A stretch of 63,194 bases of DNA, filler included, from Platydemus manokwari (GCA_037951405.1; 5 parts of 5 records of this genome joined end to end with filler, not necessarily neighbours in it), one strand, 5' to 3'; shown: positions 26,301 through 40,682, numbered from the whole stretch's first letter. A program made the numbers and translations. The notes: a model not told the origin generated them from the letters alone.

Positions 26301-27632
26301 CGAAATATTATTTCTAAATATGATTATATTAAATATTTATAAAAATGGGTTCGAGAATATATTTTCTTTTTAATATTATTTATATCTGAAATGGATTTAA
26401 TTATACAGATTTTGGAATGTTTTTTACTGGCTATTAATTATTTAAAAAATAATCAATAACATCAGACATTCTTATAAATATATATTTATTTATCATAAAA
26501 TCAAAATATGTTTCAATTATACAACAATTAATTGTTAATACATCATTGGTTATTTTATAATATCACTGGTAATTTGAAATATTTGGATTTGATAATATTC
26601 TGATCAGTTTTTATTATCTGAATTAATATGCTTGAAAATATTAGATAAATGCTATTGGAATATTATAGCAATATAATAACAAAGTTGTGTTGCTCGATTA
26701 TCGATGTAATGTATTATGAAATATCCTCAAGCTATTATATAATTCAAATTTAATTAATTATTTAATTATATATAGATATAAATAAAATATGTTATATGAT
26801 CTCAAATCTACCATTATATAATTAGCTGACTGTTCAAATTCGCATTACGTCATGTCCATCAAATTTATTATTCATATATGCTTAAATATAGACTAAATTT
26901 CATTCAATTTTTTAATAAGTTTGATTTTGGCAAGAGTTATAAATAGTTATGCAAATAATTTGTAATAATTTAAAAAGCTACTTAAGCAACTTAAGTAAAA
27001 ATCTTTAAATATTGATCTGTTTTATGAATTTAGCTGAAACAGAATAATTGAAATGGAATATTTTTTATCCTATATTTATTAATATTGTCACTGAAACAGA
27101 AATGTTATTACTGTTACAAAATAATTCAATTTTCGAATTGCTGGATCTGAATTACCATTTTTCATCATATTCGTATCCTAATTATCCAAATTGATTATCG
27201 AATGAATTATTTGCTTATTTTTAGGGTAAATTGCTGCATAAATTAGGTCAATATCAATTCTCCGAGAAAGTACTTAGAGATGCTTTGAGTCTTGATCCAA
27301 ATAATAGTTTAACCTGGCAATTATTAGGTGAATTAATTACAGAAATGTGTTCACTAACGACAGTTGCGGATTATAATGATTTACTGGATGCAGATTCAGA
27401 AAAAAATTGTCAGAACAAATTTCCAGTAGAAAGTATCGATAGTTACGATTTGGGTTATTGTGACGCAACGGATTACGATTCTTCATATTCAAAAATGTCA
27501 ACAAATACACATAGTCATCAGGAAATGGTTGCATATGCCACAAAGTGCCTGACTGTAGCAGCTGATCTCGAATTAACTGAACCAATAGAATCATTCTATA
27601 TTCTTCCTAGAGCAATAAAGCAATTCTGGTGA
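23382..27632 (+). CDS. TTC7: Tetratricopeptide repeat protein 7 (PI4KIIIalpha complex subunit), ~859 aa; exons 23382-25553 and 27225-27632
   Basis: IELDIEKCRAEGKW, LSRQLAEVLLRG, FCP...EIVLLLLISE, AVYDLLAIAL, EFHSWYQLALSL, C-terminal ELTEPIESFYILPR; phase-0 gtaagt...ttttag intron. Confidence 0.92.
25648..26302 (-). mobile_element. Internally deleted Merlin/IS1595-like (ISXO2 DDE) DNA transposon in the TTC7 intron
   Basis: Minus frame WVMGIVD...YMEIVDKRNTGTLLPII..VPPGHIIHTDE*ISYRNL..LGFDH..ISHSVDFVNPINGVH..ESSW..K..YISEF; ~20-bp TIRs tatcaa(c/t)tgaaaaatctccc at 25650-25669 and 26281-26300; TIR-like subterminal repeats. Confidence 0.88.
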
Positions 27633-29654
27633 TTCTGAAATAATCGATTGTTTACAGAATATATTTTTATGCTTTGAGATTACAATAAACGAATTTTCTT
27701 TTTGCTCAATCATTAATGCATTATATTTCAAGACTTATTTTATTTTTCTCAGTAATCTACAGAAGATTCGTTGAAATGGTTTTATTTAATTTTTCTATTT
27801 GATTATTGAGATATTTTATGTCATAATTTTCTTAAAGATTTATAATTATTCATTATTAATGATATTTCTTGATTATGATAAACTCTAATTGATGTAGTGC
27901 TAACAACTAATTTATGATGAGAAAAACTCTAAAAAAATATCTGATCCTTAGCAGTTAATAATTTTGCTTAAAAATAACAAAATAGAACAATTAAATGTAT
28001 TTGACTGCAATTATAGTTGCATTACAAATATAGTAAACAAATTTGTAATGTGATTTTTTTTAATCTTCTGCAGTTATTAACTGAAAATAATTAACAACCA
28101 GTGATAGGAACTAATGTCACTCAACTCTGGAGGAAAGAATAGACCAATTCGATTTGGATATCGGAAAGATGTCAAATGTTCGATACAAATTTCACCAAGT
28201 TAATTACAGAATAATTATCACATTGCTGACATTGTTACTGAAATATGAAACAAAAAATTTACTCATTAATTGTCATAATTTAAGCAGAGTTTGATTATTA
28301 AAGGAACGGTTGCGAATGCTCAATTAGCTTCGTTTGTGAATTATTGATTTATAGGTTTGTTAAAAAGTTTCTACGACTTCAAGATTTTGTTTATGGCTTA
28401 TATTGTTTTCTGCTTTGACTTTATTTGCTGATTGCGTTTTGATTACCTAATGTTTGCTTTTGGTTTCACACGATTGGTTGTTGTAATATTGTACCATTTG
28501 TAAATTTTGTTGTGTTATTGAGTTTCGAGACTTGCCTTAGTAAAAGACTTTATTTATTTACTGTATCTATAAGGACAATATTAAATTATATTTTAGTACA
28601 TAAAAATTAATTATTTATTTTGTTGTGCTAAAATTAAGGGGAGAGAAAAATTCATTATTATTTATCATTTGTTAATTTTGTTACTTCATTATTTCCTTAA
28701 TAATCTACGTCATCGTGTTAATAATATGCGCCTTCAATATTTCATTAAATTCCTTACATTACATCTCCATCTATATTTTATTGAATCTGTCACATTAATA
28801 GTGTCTTCTAACAATTTATTTTAATTAATTTCCTAAATATGTGAAATATGTTGCTGTCACATTTATCTGCCTTTATATGTCTCTGTAATAGTTTTTGAGC
28901 CAATTATTTCACTTAATTTCGTATACTTTTATTGTTTAATTGTAATTTCGAAATTTGTATATGAAATTTTATGAAAGTTATGAAATTATGTCTAACACCA
29001 CTTTTATTTGATTTTTGTGCGATCAAGATTTTTGGTTAACCACATAATATAATTACCTTTAATCCTTACAAAGAAAATTCACGACATTTGTTAAAGTGAT
29101 AATAAAAATGAAAAAGGAATCATTAATTTTTTGGTGAATATGGATATTAAGCGAAAAATATTAGTAATCTGTCGTAAACTATGCATATATTTTCTAAGAT
29201 TATGTTAAATAAATATTAACATTAAACAAGTTCAACTGTAATTCGAAGATTCAAAAGTTCTATAAGGCTTATATATTTCTTTAATAAATTATCTTAAATA
29301 TTATCTACCAAAATTGTGTTAATCTGTTATACTGAAATTATCTAACCACCTTATAATTTACTCACATAATTTCCACTTATTTAAACTTTCTCCAAACTTG
29401 TTTATAGAAAAAAATATGTGGCAATATTAGCAATAATAAAGCACATGACCAATTATTAAAAAAATTTATATAAAATTGTATTCCCTTTATAAACTTCGTG
29501 AAAACGGAGAAAATTTTGATCATTACGCAATAACAAACATTACTGCTTCATTATGGTGGAATTATATATTGTGACGATATGAATAAATAATAGCAGTAAT
29601 TAATTATATCTCATCATTAATTCTTTTCAAAATAAGAGTTACGTGTGATTTAGG

Positions 29655-29948
29655 TGTGTTGGATTAGAGGCAGAGGAAAATTGATAAAATGCAGTATGAC
29701 AAACAATCTGCAGACTAAAAGCATGAATTCAGACGGAAAGTGAGTTGAGAGGCCTGCGCATTAATTGCATAGACTTTGTCGATGAAGTAATCACGAACAT
29801 AAACACTGAGGGAAAATATATTTACGGAAGCCAAACTCTAAAGCTAAAACGAAGAATAAATTTGACTTGACACAACTGAAAAAATAGATGCTTAGTTTGA
29901 ATGTATAAATAGAATATAAATGCAGCATTTAAAGAGTTGATACACACA
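29655..29948. mobile_element. Probable solo LTR
   Basis: Higher-GC island bounded by tgtgt...acaca inverted termini, containing AATAAA and TATAAA motifs. Confidence 0.35.
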
Positions 29949-30970
29949 AGTTTGAGGGACACACGTGTCGTAGCTAATCATAGGCCTTCAAATTAACAAT
30001 TCTCAATTGATTTTCGATTTACAGCTTACTTATGTGAGTTATAATTTTGCGAATTATATTCTTCTCTCATTCAATATATAATTTATCGTAAAATTATAAG
30101 GAATTTATTATAAAATAAGATAGAATTATCGCAAAAAATAATAATTTGCATTAATATTGTTATTATAATTAATCACTAAAATGTTGATGATGCTCATTAC
30201 TAAAAATCAAAAATAAATTAACGTGCAGTAAACTAGAGAAAATTCCCGATAATAAGAAAGAAGGCATACAAATTAAGAAAATCACAATAAATTCACAAAT
30301 GGAAACATTGTGTGATTTATCAAATTCGATAGAAATTTAAAATATGTCATGACGAATAAAGACAAACAATAGAAACTTAATAAATTCACCCGTAATAATT
30401 GACTTTTCAGAAAAATTCAAAATACATTTTCATACTTTATGCAACCATAAAAAGTGATCGAAATAAAAAATAAGTTAACTAAGAAAGTAATGTGAATACA
30501 GTCGAATATGATTAAATTAGAGATGAAAATATTCAAAAATATCAAAATCGTAAATACCAGAGTCAAATGAAATTGTCAATATTGTTGGATAGAGCCCTTC
30601 ATAATAATAAGAGATAATAATTAATATATTTTTTTAATAAATATAAATGAATCATTTCTTGACAAAAATAAATAGAATCTAAAATTAGAATAAAAGAAAT
30701 ATATAAATAAAAATATATAATATGTGGAATCCGACCCTAACCGGGACACTAATATATATATATATATATAAGAATAAAAGGAATTTAAAAAATATAAAAA
30801 ATTTAAATTAAAATTTTTTTTACTTTTAACAGAAAAAATAAAAACAAATAGAATTAAAATTTTTACAAAAAATAATTTAAAAAATAAATAAAACAAAGAT
30901 TTTGTTTATCCGCAACAAATTCATTTGTTTTAACTTTCCAAGATCGAAAGAAGAAACATTTTCAAAAAAT

Positions 30971-31092
30971 CTATTTTTAGCAACCACGTCATTGCTAAAA
31001 ATAGTGTAGGTCAATTTAGCAACTCAAGTAGCTAAAAACAGTAGGCTGTTGCTAAATTTAGGCGTGACGTCTAGAGAGTTTCTAAATTTAGA
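30971..31092. repeat. Palindromic TTTAGCAA/TTGCTAAA array (MITE-like)
   Basis: Perfect 13-bp hairpin 30971-31004 and 11-bp inverted pair 31013-31023/31048-31058. Confidence 0.7.
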
Positions 31093-32157
31093 AGCAAATG
31101 AGAACAAAAAATAAACACACTAGAATGACGCATGCGGTCTACAAAATGAGTATATAGGAGCAAGCAAATTCATTTTGATTGCACTTTTTCATACTCGCAG
31201 TTATAGCAATTTCATTTACAAAGCAATTTTATTCACGGAGAAATTTTATTTACGAAACAATTTTGTTAACTATCGGAGAAGCTATTCAGTATCAACGAAG
31301 CTATTATATTACGAAGATATATACAAAACAGTTACCAATTTTGCAGCAAGGATTCCCGACTATTATTAAGAAATCATTTTATCTTATTTCAATCCGACAA
31401 TTTGAATTTATATGACAATGATGAGTAAATTTGTTTATTTTTATTACGCGCCCACAGCTATTTCGATAGCTGTGTGGTTGTTTTAAACTTCTTAAGTTCA
31501 AACTTTATCTCCCACCTTCTTTTTTATTCACAGGGGTGTCTTGCCCATTAGTTAGGTACACCTGATTATCCTACTGAAGGGATCTTATCGTCCACAATAG
31601 TACCTTGTAGTATACATTAAAATTTTGATTTGTTAATAAACGTATTTTATCGAAATTGTTTATTATATAATTGATTTTAACATTTTCAGGAAGACTCATA
31701 TTTTACCAATATCTATATTTTAAATATTATTATTATAGCTTGAGAGTGATTTGAACACTTCCTATGTATCTGATTGGAACAGATTCTGTTGGGAACCAAA
31801 TCTCAACCTACCTTTATATTATATTAAATCCTTTCGTTATAATTTATCGTACGTTTATAACACCAAAATTTCGTTTTAATTTCATTTAGTCTTACCGTAT
31901 CTTATAAAACCCCAACATAACTGACTCTCCTTCATTGTCTTCGGTAATCGCCCATTTGCAATTTTATTATATTTTGCAATATGTTTTCTTGATTTTTCGT
32001 GGGCTTTTACAGCCTGAATAGTTTTAACGTTGAGTGGCAAATTTGGCATTTTTGCACATTCATTTTTAAGATTTATTTTTTTATAAGGTTTTTATTTTAT
32101 GATTTTTAAAAATGCGTTTTTTAAAAAAATGTTTTCTTCAATATAACATCTCAAAGG

Positions 32158-32247
32158 AGTAATAGAGGACAGTCCTTTGGCGGTGTAATCCACAAATACT
32201 AGCGATAATTTGAGGGTTGTGCCACCAAGGACTGGTCTATATTACTG
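32158..32247. repeat. ~90-bp imperfect inverted repeat (MITE-like)
   Basis: agtaata...cagtcctt(t)ggcgg pairs with gccaccaaggactg...tattact. Confidence 0.65.
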
Positions 32248-32826
32248 CTGTTTTACCATTTTATTTATTGCATGATAATTTAAGTATTATCTTATATAAA
32301 TTTTATACTTTTTACCAATAACAACATTTAATCTTTTTGGAGGCCAGATAGAAATTAAAGATTGAAAACTTTCTGAATCCAAATTGATATTAAGCTTCTA
32401 TTATAATATTTTAACAAAATGAATATTTATTCTTGGGAACTATACAACAAGTCAGTATATTAATTGTTTTCGTCAATTGTACTCATCAATACATGTAAAA
32501 TATTAGAATAAATGCAACCGACCACAAATATGAAGACTGTGGGGAACTAACCAGACCATTTTGAGCCAACCAAATTAAGAAAATAAATAAATAAATTAAT
32601 ATAAATTTTTTTTCAAAAAACTACAAGTATTCATAAAACTTTTAAAATTGTTTTACTGCACCAAAATTAATCGACATTAACGTCATTGGCTAAAATCACA
32701 TTCAAATTTAAAAATACATTCAACGGTGTACGTAAAACAAAAATAACCACACTTTTTGACATATATAGACACATAGGCTAAAAATATTAACCTATGCTGT
32801 ACATATGCTAAAACTAGTAACATATA

Positions 32827-32926
32827 NNNNNNNNNNNNNNNNNNNNNNNNNNNNNNNNNNNNNNNNNNNNTTAATTAATTAANNNNNNNNNNNNNNNNNN
32901 NNNNNNNNNNNNNNNNNNNNNNNNNN
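32827..32926. other. Artificial contig linker
   Basis: N44-TTAATTAATTAA-N44. Confidence 0.97.
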
Positions 32927-33005
32927 TCAGCGTTATAACAATTTGTGTTAATAAAATACCTGCATAAAAACATGAATAACTTTTGACTCAACCTGGTATA
33001 TTAAT
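32927..33005. repeat. Dispersed repeat at contig start; inverted copy at ~63115-63190
   Basis: tcagcgttataacaatttgtgttaataaaatacctgcataaaaacatgaataacttttgactcaac is the exact reverse complement of 63125-63189. Confidence 0.9.
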
Positions 33006-35899
33006 TGTTTCTGGTAACAAGAGTATTAAAGTTATTTTTTCTTTGTTAAAGTTGATTGACTAAAATATTTTGACAAAATTTTAATTTTTTATTTTGGTTT
33101 CTTAAATAACAACGTTCTTTTGAAAAGTTTGAAATTCATATATATTTAGTATCTATTTATTTCTAATGTTATTTTAAAATTTATTCTTGGTTTACCGTTA
33201 TTTATGTAATTATCAATCGACTCAGATTGTTTCCCATAAATCTAATTTATCAATCCAGTTTAATAATTCAATTCTACCGATCAATTCGATTCAGTTCAAT
33301 GAGTAATTTAATGCATACTTACGAACAATGACTAACAGACAATGAGACCTACAGATATTTTCGTGAATATTTTATATATTTTCTGTAGTTTTTGCTGATT
33401 ATATATTTAATTTCATAATGGTTTGTATATGAATTTTATCCATTTTTAGTATGAGTATTTCTTTAATCGCAATTGTATTAAATAAATTATTCCTTATAAA
33501 ACAACTTATTTCTAACAAGTAGATTTCTTCCAATTTTCCGTGTAAGCAAAGGTTTGGGATCAGATACTGAGATGATGAAACCAACATATTTGCACAAAGT
33601 ATTTTTGTATATGTATTTCTTTTTGATAATTAAAACTTTGTATTCAAATATTTGTACAAGTACAAAGATTGTGAACATAGAAGTACTTTGATGGATTTTA
33701 AGTTTAGTATCAGTTCTCAATTATTAAGATTATAATAAACTTTCCTACTTTAGTCTTTATATCAATATCGAACCCGACTAATTCAAATCAAACAAACCCA
33801 TCCAATATCACACAATTTAATAATCATGAATTTGAATGCCTGTAAAAATTATAAAAATTAGTATCGATCGAGTCTTACATCGCATATACTGTTATCAATT
33901 GTACCCTCGGTAGCTTTAGAAAACGATGTATCGTGATTATTGAGTAAGTTGTTAATTCATTCTTCAAATATAATGATAAAGACACTTTCTAACTTAGTGG
34001 AAACTATAGAGTATTTAAGTCACATTTGTCTAAAATTGGAGAACTTCTTCGTATTTGTTTTTGATTTCTCACCCAGGATTAATAACAAATTTTATCTACT
34101 AACGCTTTTCTATCCTAGAAATCATAGCTAAGTCAACACTTACTTACTGTCCAAAGAATAATTTCTAACTGCTTTTTAAGCTAGAGAGATAATTTTCTTT
34201 TTTCGTGTCTGTCTTTGTCTACTGTTCTCACAGTGAATTTCAATGTTTTTGTTTATGATTTTTAATTTATTATATTATTGAACTTTTTAATTAACTTCTT
34301 TATTATATGTGTTTAGTTTATATCTTGAATTTATTACTTATTAATTCATTTCTATCGTATTATGAGATCCATTTATATCTTAACGATTGATTTTTATAAA
34401 TTATTGACCACAGTTTAAAAAAAATCTCATATGAATCGTTTTTAATAAAACTTTTACTAAATCCAAACATAGATGATCAAGAATTAATCTTATCGGTATA
34501 AAATATCATGAATAAGTTATTGGAAGTAAATTATAGAGATTTTTTTATTAAATGTTGTCAATCTCAAAAACTATTATTCAGGTTGATATTCAACGATTGA
34601 AGCTACAAATGTTGGATCTGTGAATCTACTATCCCAGAATATTCGATCGACTGTATCGTTTTGATGTATTTACGAGTTTTGGATTAACTGAATATGATTA
34701 ATTTGAGGACTTAAGATTTTGGTGTGAGTCAAAACGATATGTTTTATTAAATTGTCAATGAAAGAAGTTTATAACTTCGTTGTGTTTGGACTGATTTGTG
34801 GATGATTATTGGTTGCTGATGATCTGATAGGTTTTACTGGTATAATTGTTATTAATTCGGATTGATTAAACCCCGAAATATATAAATGAAATTATTTTAA
34901 GTCGTAAAAGTTTTAAATTAATTAAAGAATTGTATTTCTTCTTTAATCCCTAATTCGATGAAAAAAATGAACTAAAACATTATTTGTAAATTGAATTCCA
35001 AAACATCCTCTTAAAGTAATTCTCTAATTATGAAAAGCTAAAAATATTTCCTGCATAGATCGGACGAGAATAAATAATTTTCAATGGTTAATATATAAAA
35101 AGAATAATAAGCTGTTTGAATGCTAAAATAGCTAAGAAAAAAAGGATTTTCATTAATCCGCTCAAAGAACACTTTCAATAAATTATAGAAAATAATAAAA
35201 TATGACATTTTTGTGTGTCTGAATTTATCAGGGACTTTAAACATTCGATGCAATTATTAGAAAATCAGCAATAAAAGGTATTTGAAATTTGTAGTAAAAT
35301 AACAGTATACACAGCAACACTAGCATTGAAAATAATTATGAGAGAAATATTAAATTATTTATAAATAAATAAATTGTTTAGCTTTTATTGTGTTGCTTAT
35401 TTTTTATATCCTTATATTCGAAAGATTATTATTATTTACATTAAAACTGCAACCATCGTAAATAAGGGTCAGATATGTTAAGGTGTCTACCGAAGCAGCA
35501 CCATCCTTTTATACGACATAGACAAAAATATATAAACATAAATAAATAATAATCGATTTCTATTTATGTATGCACTATAATAATATATACACGCTATTGA
35601 ACAGTACGTTATAAACCAGATGAAAAGAATTTTGATGAAAACCTTGAAATAATCTTTTAAACAAGTTACACACAGATAAGTAAGACACACCAAACCATCA
35701 ACCAATCGGAGATTTTTGAATGATTGCTAAATGGACCTTTAAAAGCTATTAGCGCACAATAACAAAAATTGAAGCCAACGGGAGATAGTAACCATGAGGT
35801 TCACATTCAAAATTCCCGGGTCAAGATCCAATACATGCGCCATATACCAGGGTTTATTTGATTTAACAATCGGTATTCATGATGTTTGATATTGTGATT

Positions 35900-38620
35900 G
35901 TATCAGACTATCCAAATATTCATCGAAAACGTACAAAACATTGAAGCCTATGAAATATTTGGTTCGGTGAAGATAGTTAAATTAGAAACGTTTTTATTTA
36001 TCATCTTGAGTTTTCGAAAAGGTAAATATAAAGATGTTCATTTAAGACATCCTGTAGCTTGGAGAGATGTTATTTCTGAAAATCTTAGCTTTTGTTTGAA
36101 AGTAGTAAGAGTATATATCTCTCAAGCATTTTTCATACAGACTATTTGCATACCAATGAATAAATTCAATCTCCAACAAAGAGTGACGATAACATAATCC
36201 ATATTTGTATTAATGATTCCATTTTCTAAGCATAAAACGATTCTTGATAAATATAAGCGTTTAATTACCTATCCGTATTTGTGTAAGTCTCAAACTCATC
36301 AACTCTTACTATTGTTGAACCTTCAAATAAAATCTTAAATTATAATGGTCTTATTGATAATCATGATTTGCACTTTATTCTTTATCATAGACTTAATATG
36401 TTCACAGTTGATAGACACATCTTTGTAAAGGATCCCTTTACAAGAAGATTGCAGTACCATTAATGTTTTATAGTCTTATGTTTCATGACTCTCTTTTGTC
36501 GTCCAATAACACAATGATGACTATCGATGCATAAATTTAAGCAATCAGTTCCATACTATTCGTAGGTGACAATGTCTTTAATTTCTAAAAGGAATTATAT
36601 GTCTACTATATCTAGTGAGCGAATATTCCTAGGCTATATCAAATGCCAATTGAAATTCGAAGAACTGCTTCACTAAGTCAAAGATTGCAATCTATCCAAC
36701 CATGCCATCTCAAAGGACAAATTGTTCAGTATAATTCTGCCTACCCTGCATCGATTCAGTATCATCAATTAAACTATCATTATTAGATAGCCTTGATAAG
36801 TTCAAAAACATTAATATTAAAGAAGGTATTATAAATTACTTAGCCAAACATGTAACATTATCACTATGTTCAGATCACTATGTTCACTGACACGACTATC
36901 CAACTGGACTATTTATTGATGAAGCTGATGGGTCGGTAATGGAAGTAAGAGAATAGGTCAATTAACACGGATATAAGTTACTGGTTTCATGCATTTGGCA
37001 ATACTCACCAGGTATTAATCTTTGATAAATTGAGAATTAAAAGGACACCGACGAGAAATCATGCTGACCCTCGCCCTTAAAATAATATTAAAGGTAACAT
37101 ACAAAATTTTTCATCTTTCGATTTTTAAGCAATTCAAACGGCAGTGATCAAGATCTGGGAATCTCAATCAGAAAAGTTTCAAGGAAAATTCGGACCAGAC
37201 AATCAACTACCAATTAAACCCAATAATTCGAGCTTCGATTCAAGTCAGTCCAATTTCCCTTTAGGTGTGTTATGTTTGAGTTGCTCGATACCGAGGGTTG
37301 GAATTTGTATTGATGCTGAGTACCGCTGTGTTCAATCAATGAATATTTTGTAATCAATTTCTGTTCTATATTAAACAATATTATTAACTCCCATTTTCGT
37401 TTGTTAGGGATCAAAATAACCAAGAACACATTTTAAAGAGTAATATATCTGTTTATTTTATTCAATGTAATAAATTAATTAGTAAAGTGATTAATTAGTA
37501 AAGAAATTAAATTTTTTAAAACAAAATTATTAGAATAGTATTATAAACAAGTACTGGGAGTCAGTGAATCGTTTAGGTCTTTATTAGAAATTCCTTAACT
37601 CCACGATTAGAAATAATTAGGTATGAAACATCCATCAAAGGTTAATTAAACTAAAAGCAACTAGCTATTATAAAATTTATTCGCAGATAAGTTTCTGAAA
37701 CATTTATATATGATTTTTTAAATTCAGGTTTTTGATTCCTGACACCCAGTGAAATGACAAAGCTCTCAATATTATTAACGATAATATGAAATAAATCATT
37801 AAAATTTCTTTGGTTTTGACTTTCTAAATCTCTATGAAAGTTCCAATGAAAAACTCTTCTTACTCCGAAAATGTTCATATTTCAAGCAACATAATTATAT
37901 TGATTCTCAAATACAAAAATAATCACAAAGACTGTAACAACCATTATAGTACTTTATTAGCAGCAGAAATAATGCACATCCCAAAAATCGAGATTGACAA
38001 TTTACATGTCTATGTTGGTATGCAATGAGTAAGAATTTTGGACTAAAAATGGCTTGAAGATGTTCTATTGGATTTGTTTGTGTGCTATATATCCTCACAT
38101 ATCCTCGATGATGTACGTTGATCAGTATACATATGTTATTCAGCCATCTCGTCCGAGTTTTAGTTAGATTTAATAATATCTCATAAGCGTATATGAAATA
38201 ATTTTGAAGGGTGTAAAGGATCGTTTTTGAATCCATTTTCATTTCCGACTTTGTTCGTTCCATTTATAAAAGTTCTTTAAGTTACCAAGTACAATTTGCT
38301 TTGTTAATATATTCTTATTGTATCACATGTGTACTTATATTATTAGCATAGGGATAGATTACCAGCACTTTGGATTGTCTCTAAATTATAGTCTTTCCAA
38401 ATAGTTTGTTGTTAATTTCTTCCTATTAACATTCATTTTTAAAATGTCATTACATTTGAGTCTTATGGATATTATTATTTTTATGTCCAATAAAATTCTT
38501 CTGTTAGTTGATACTCGTACTCAAGTAGTTCTTTGTTATATAAAGTCTACAGGTATTATAAAATTATTGATGATATTTGTTTCGTCTAGTATCCTACCTA
38601 TAGTTGGAAGACTATGAGCG
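35900..38620. mobile_element. Cluster of decayed Ty3/Gypsy fragments with a putative LTR at ~37267-37430
   Basis: SKLQDVLNEH (minus, ~36030-36070); integrase-like H..G.THQ (~36990); TG...CA segment after coding remnant; protease-like LLVDT(R)TQV at ~38500. Confidence 0.4.
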
Positions 38621-40554
38621 TGTCGATTGTAGCATGATTTATTATCAAATTTAATATCCAACCCGGTCTCAGTTGACTACAAAAATTTGTTTAAAACAAA
38701 TTACTTAAAATGAAATGAATTCTTCATTGTGCTGTATTACAGAAATAATTTAAATCACTACTACTTTTATCTATTACTACGAATACAATAAATAAAAAGA
38801 ATACGAGGTTGAATAATAAAACTATAACAAAATTGTTTTATGTACACATTCTAGATGGCAGTTGATTTTTTGTCAGCAATGCCAGAAGAAGAATTCTATG
38901 CAGTTGCCCCTTTGTGCTATTGAAGTGTGATCGGTACTCAAGAATCGATTGTATATGAATGAGTGTAAACCTCCAGTAAAAAAAACTTGTCATAAACAAA
39001 TTCTCAATCGATCGCAAGGAATAAATCGCTGTTTGAATTGTCTTCTTTCTTCTTAGTGATTTTCTGGTAATGATCTACCTCAATTATTCGTTGTCCTTAT
39101 ATAATGAATGGCACGGTGAGTCACTCATTGCTCAGAACTAATCTATAACCCTATCTTTCTGGCTTAGAATTTAAAATCGGCATGATTATTACTATAGGAA
39201 ACTATTTCTTTAATTCTGTTCTAATTTCTACTGCTACTAGAGTTTTATTCAGAATCTATTTCGGTAATGGACTTTATTTTAATGGGTTTATTTTTTAATA
39301 CATCGAAATATCTTCTTCGGAATTTGTGAAGACCAATTGGTTTTTAATAAAAATTGTTAACAATATGAAATTATTTCTCTTTTTTGCCATAATATACATT
39401 AATATTAATTCATTTAATACTTTTATACATCAACCCTATTTAATTTTGTCAGATTATATTGTCACATAAGACCAAAAAAGCTTTCCATACTTTCATACAA
39501 TTCATCTGATGATAATTTTCTGTGATACACATAATAAAATGTTCAAATTACTTTCCTTTAATTCTGATCGTCCCCAAATCTCAACAATATAATGCAAAAT
39601 ATAGTCGAAATCTGAAGTCACGAACACAGCCTTTCCACAGATGGTAATTATGCTGATGGAATTTACTATGGTATTAAAATTTAATTTAAAACTAATTACA
39701 ATATTTTAAAAAACTAATAAAATATTAATTGAGCTAGTATGCTGTATTTTTCGAACCATAAGACGCACTTTAAAACAGATTTTTAGGATTTATTAAGGCT
39801 GGAATATTGTAAAAAAAAGATGGTGACGATGTTAATATAACCGAATGTGACATTTTAGATGAAGAAGAGCATTAAATCTTGTTATACAATTTTAATTTAA
39901 TATATTAATCAGTCAACTCAAAGATTCCCAGATGTTATATTTTCCTCCTTTATTTTTATTTATTTACCTAATCAATATATTTTCTATTATAACGTCCAGC
40001 ATTGTACCAAATATAAATACATAATCTAAAAATAATTTATTGATATTATTTATAAGATACTGATAAAATTTCCCATTGAGATACTTCGTGGTGAGAGAGT
40101 GAATATTTCTATATCATCAACATCATCAGTGCCTCATTATTGTAACAATCACTTTCTGTCTTTACTTCCTGTTGTCATCATTGATGCATTTAAAGTGTGG
40201 GTTTTTAATTATTTATACTGCTTAGTGCTTCTTGAATATTATTCTCGGATTCTAATTAAAAATATTAAAAAAAAATTAAATAAATAAAATATATCGAATT
40301 TGAGTTGTAAAAAAGTTGAATAAATATTAAGTTAGAATTGAATTTCAGTAAATAAATATTAGTATAAATTTATTTTAAGAAATAAATAAACCTATTCTTA
40401 GTATTTTAATAAATCGAAAATAAAACTTTGTGCTGATACATAATAATGCTTTATTTCAAATTTGTTTCTTAAATACCCAGTTCTGTTTTTGTACAAACCA
40501 CAACCCGGGAAATATCTTATTTCTAGCATCAAATATTAACAAAATGATAGTGTA

Positions 40555-40682
40555 AGCTGTTAGTATTTTATAAAGCATTCATTGAAAACGAACTGAAACG
40601 TCACAACACCAAATCATATTTTAATTAGAATTATCGAAACAAATTAAAATTTTAAAATTTCAAATTATTATAAACCCTCACA
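40555..40682 (-). mobile_element. Solo LTR of the family seen at 52555-52702
   Basis: Collinear match tatttttataaagca...aactgaaa.gtc.c.acaccaaat.atattttaat...tataaa..ctcaca. Confidence 0.6.

Noticed and set aside
30621-30896. 91-aa Phe/Ile/Leu-rich ORF
   Set aside because: Product of an A-rich low-complexity tract
35770-35850. B-box-like cccgggtcaagatcc suggesting a tRNA or SINE
   Set aside because: No cloverleaf or A-box can be built
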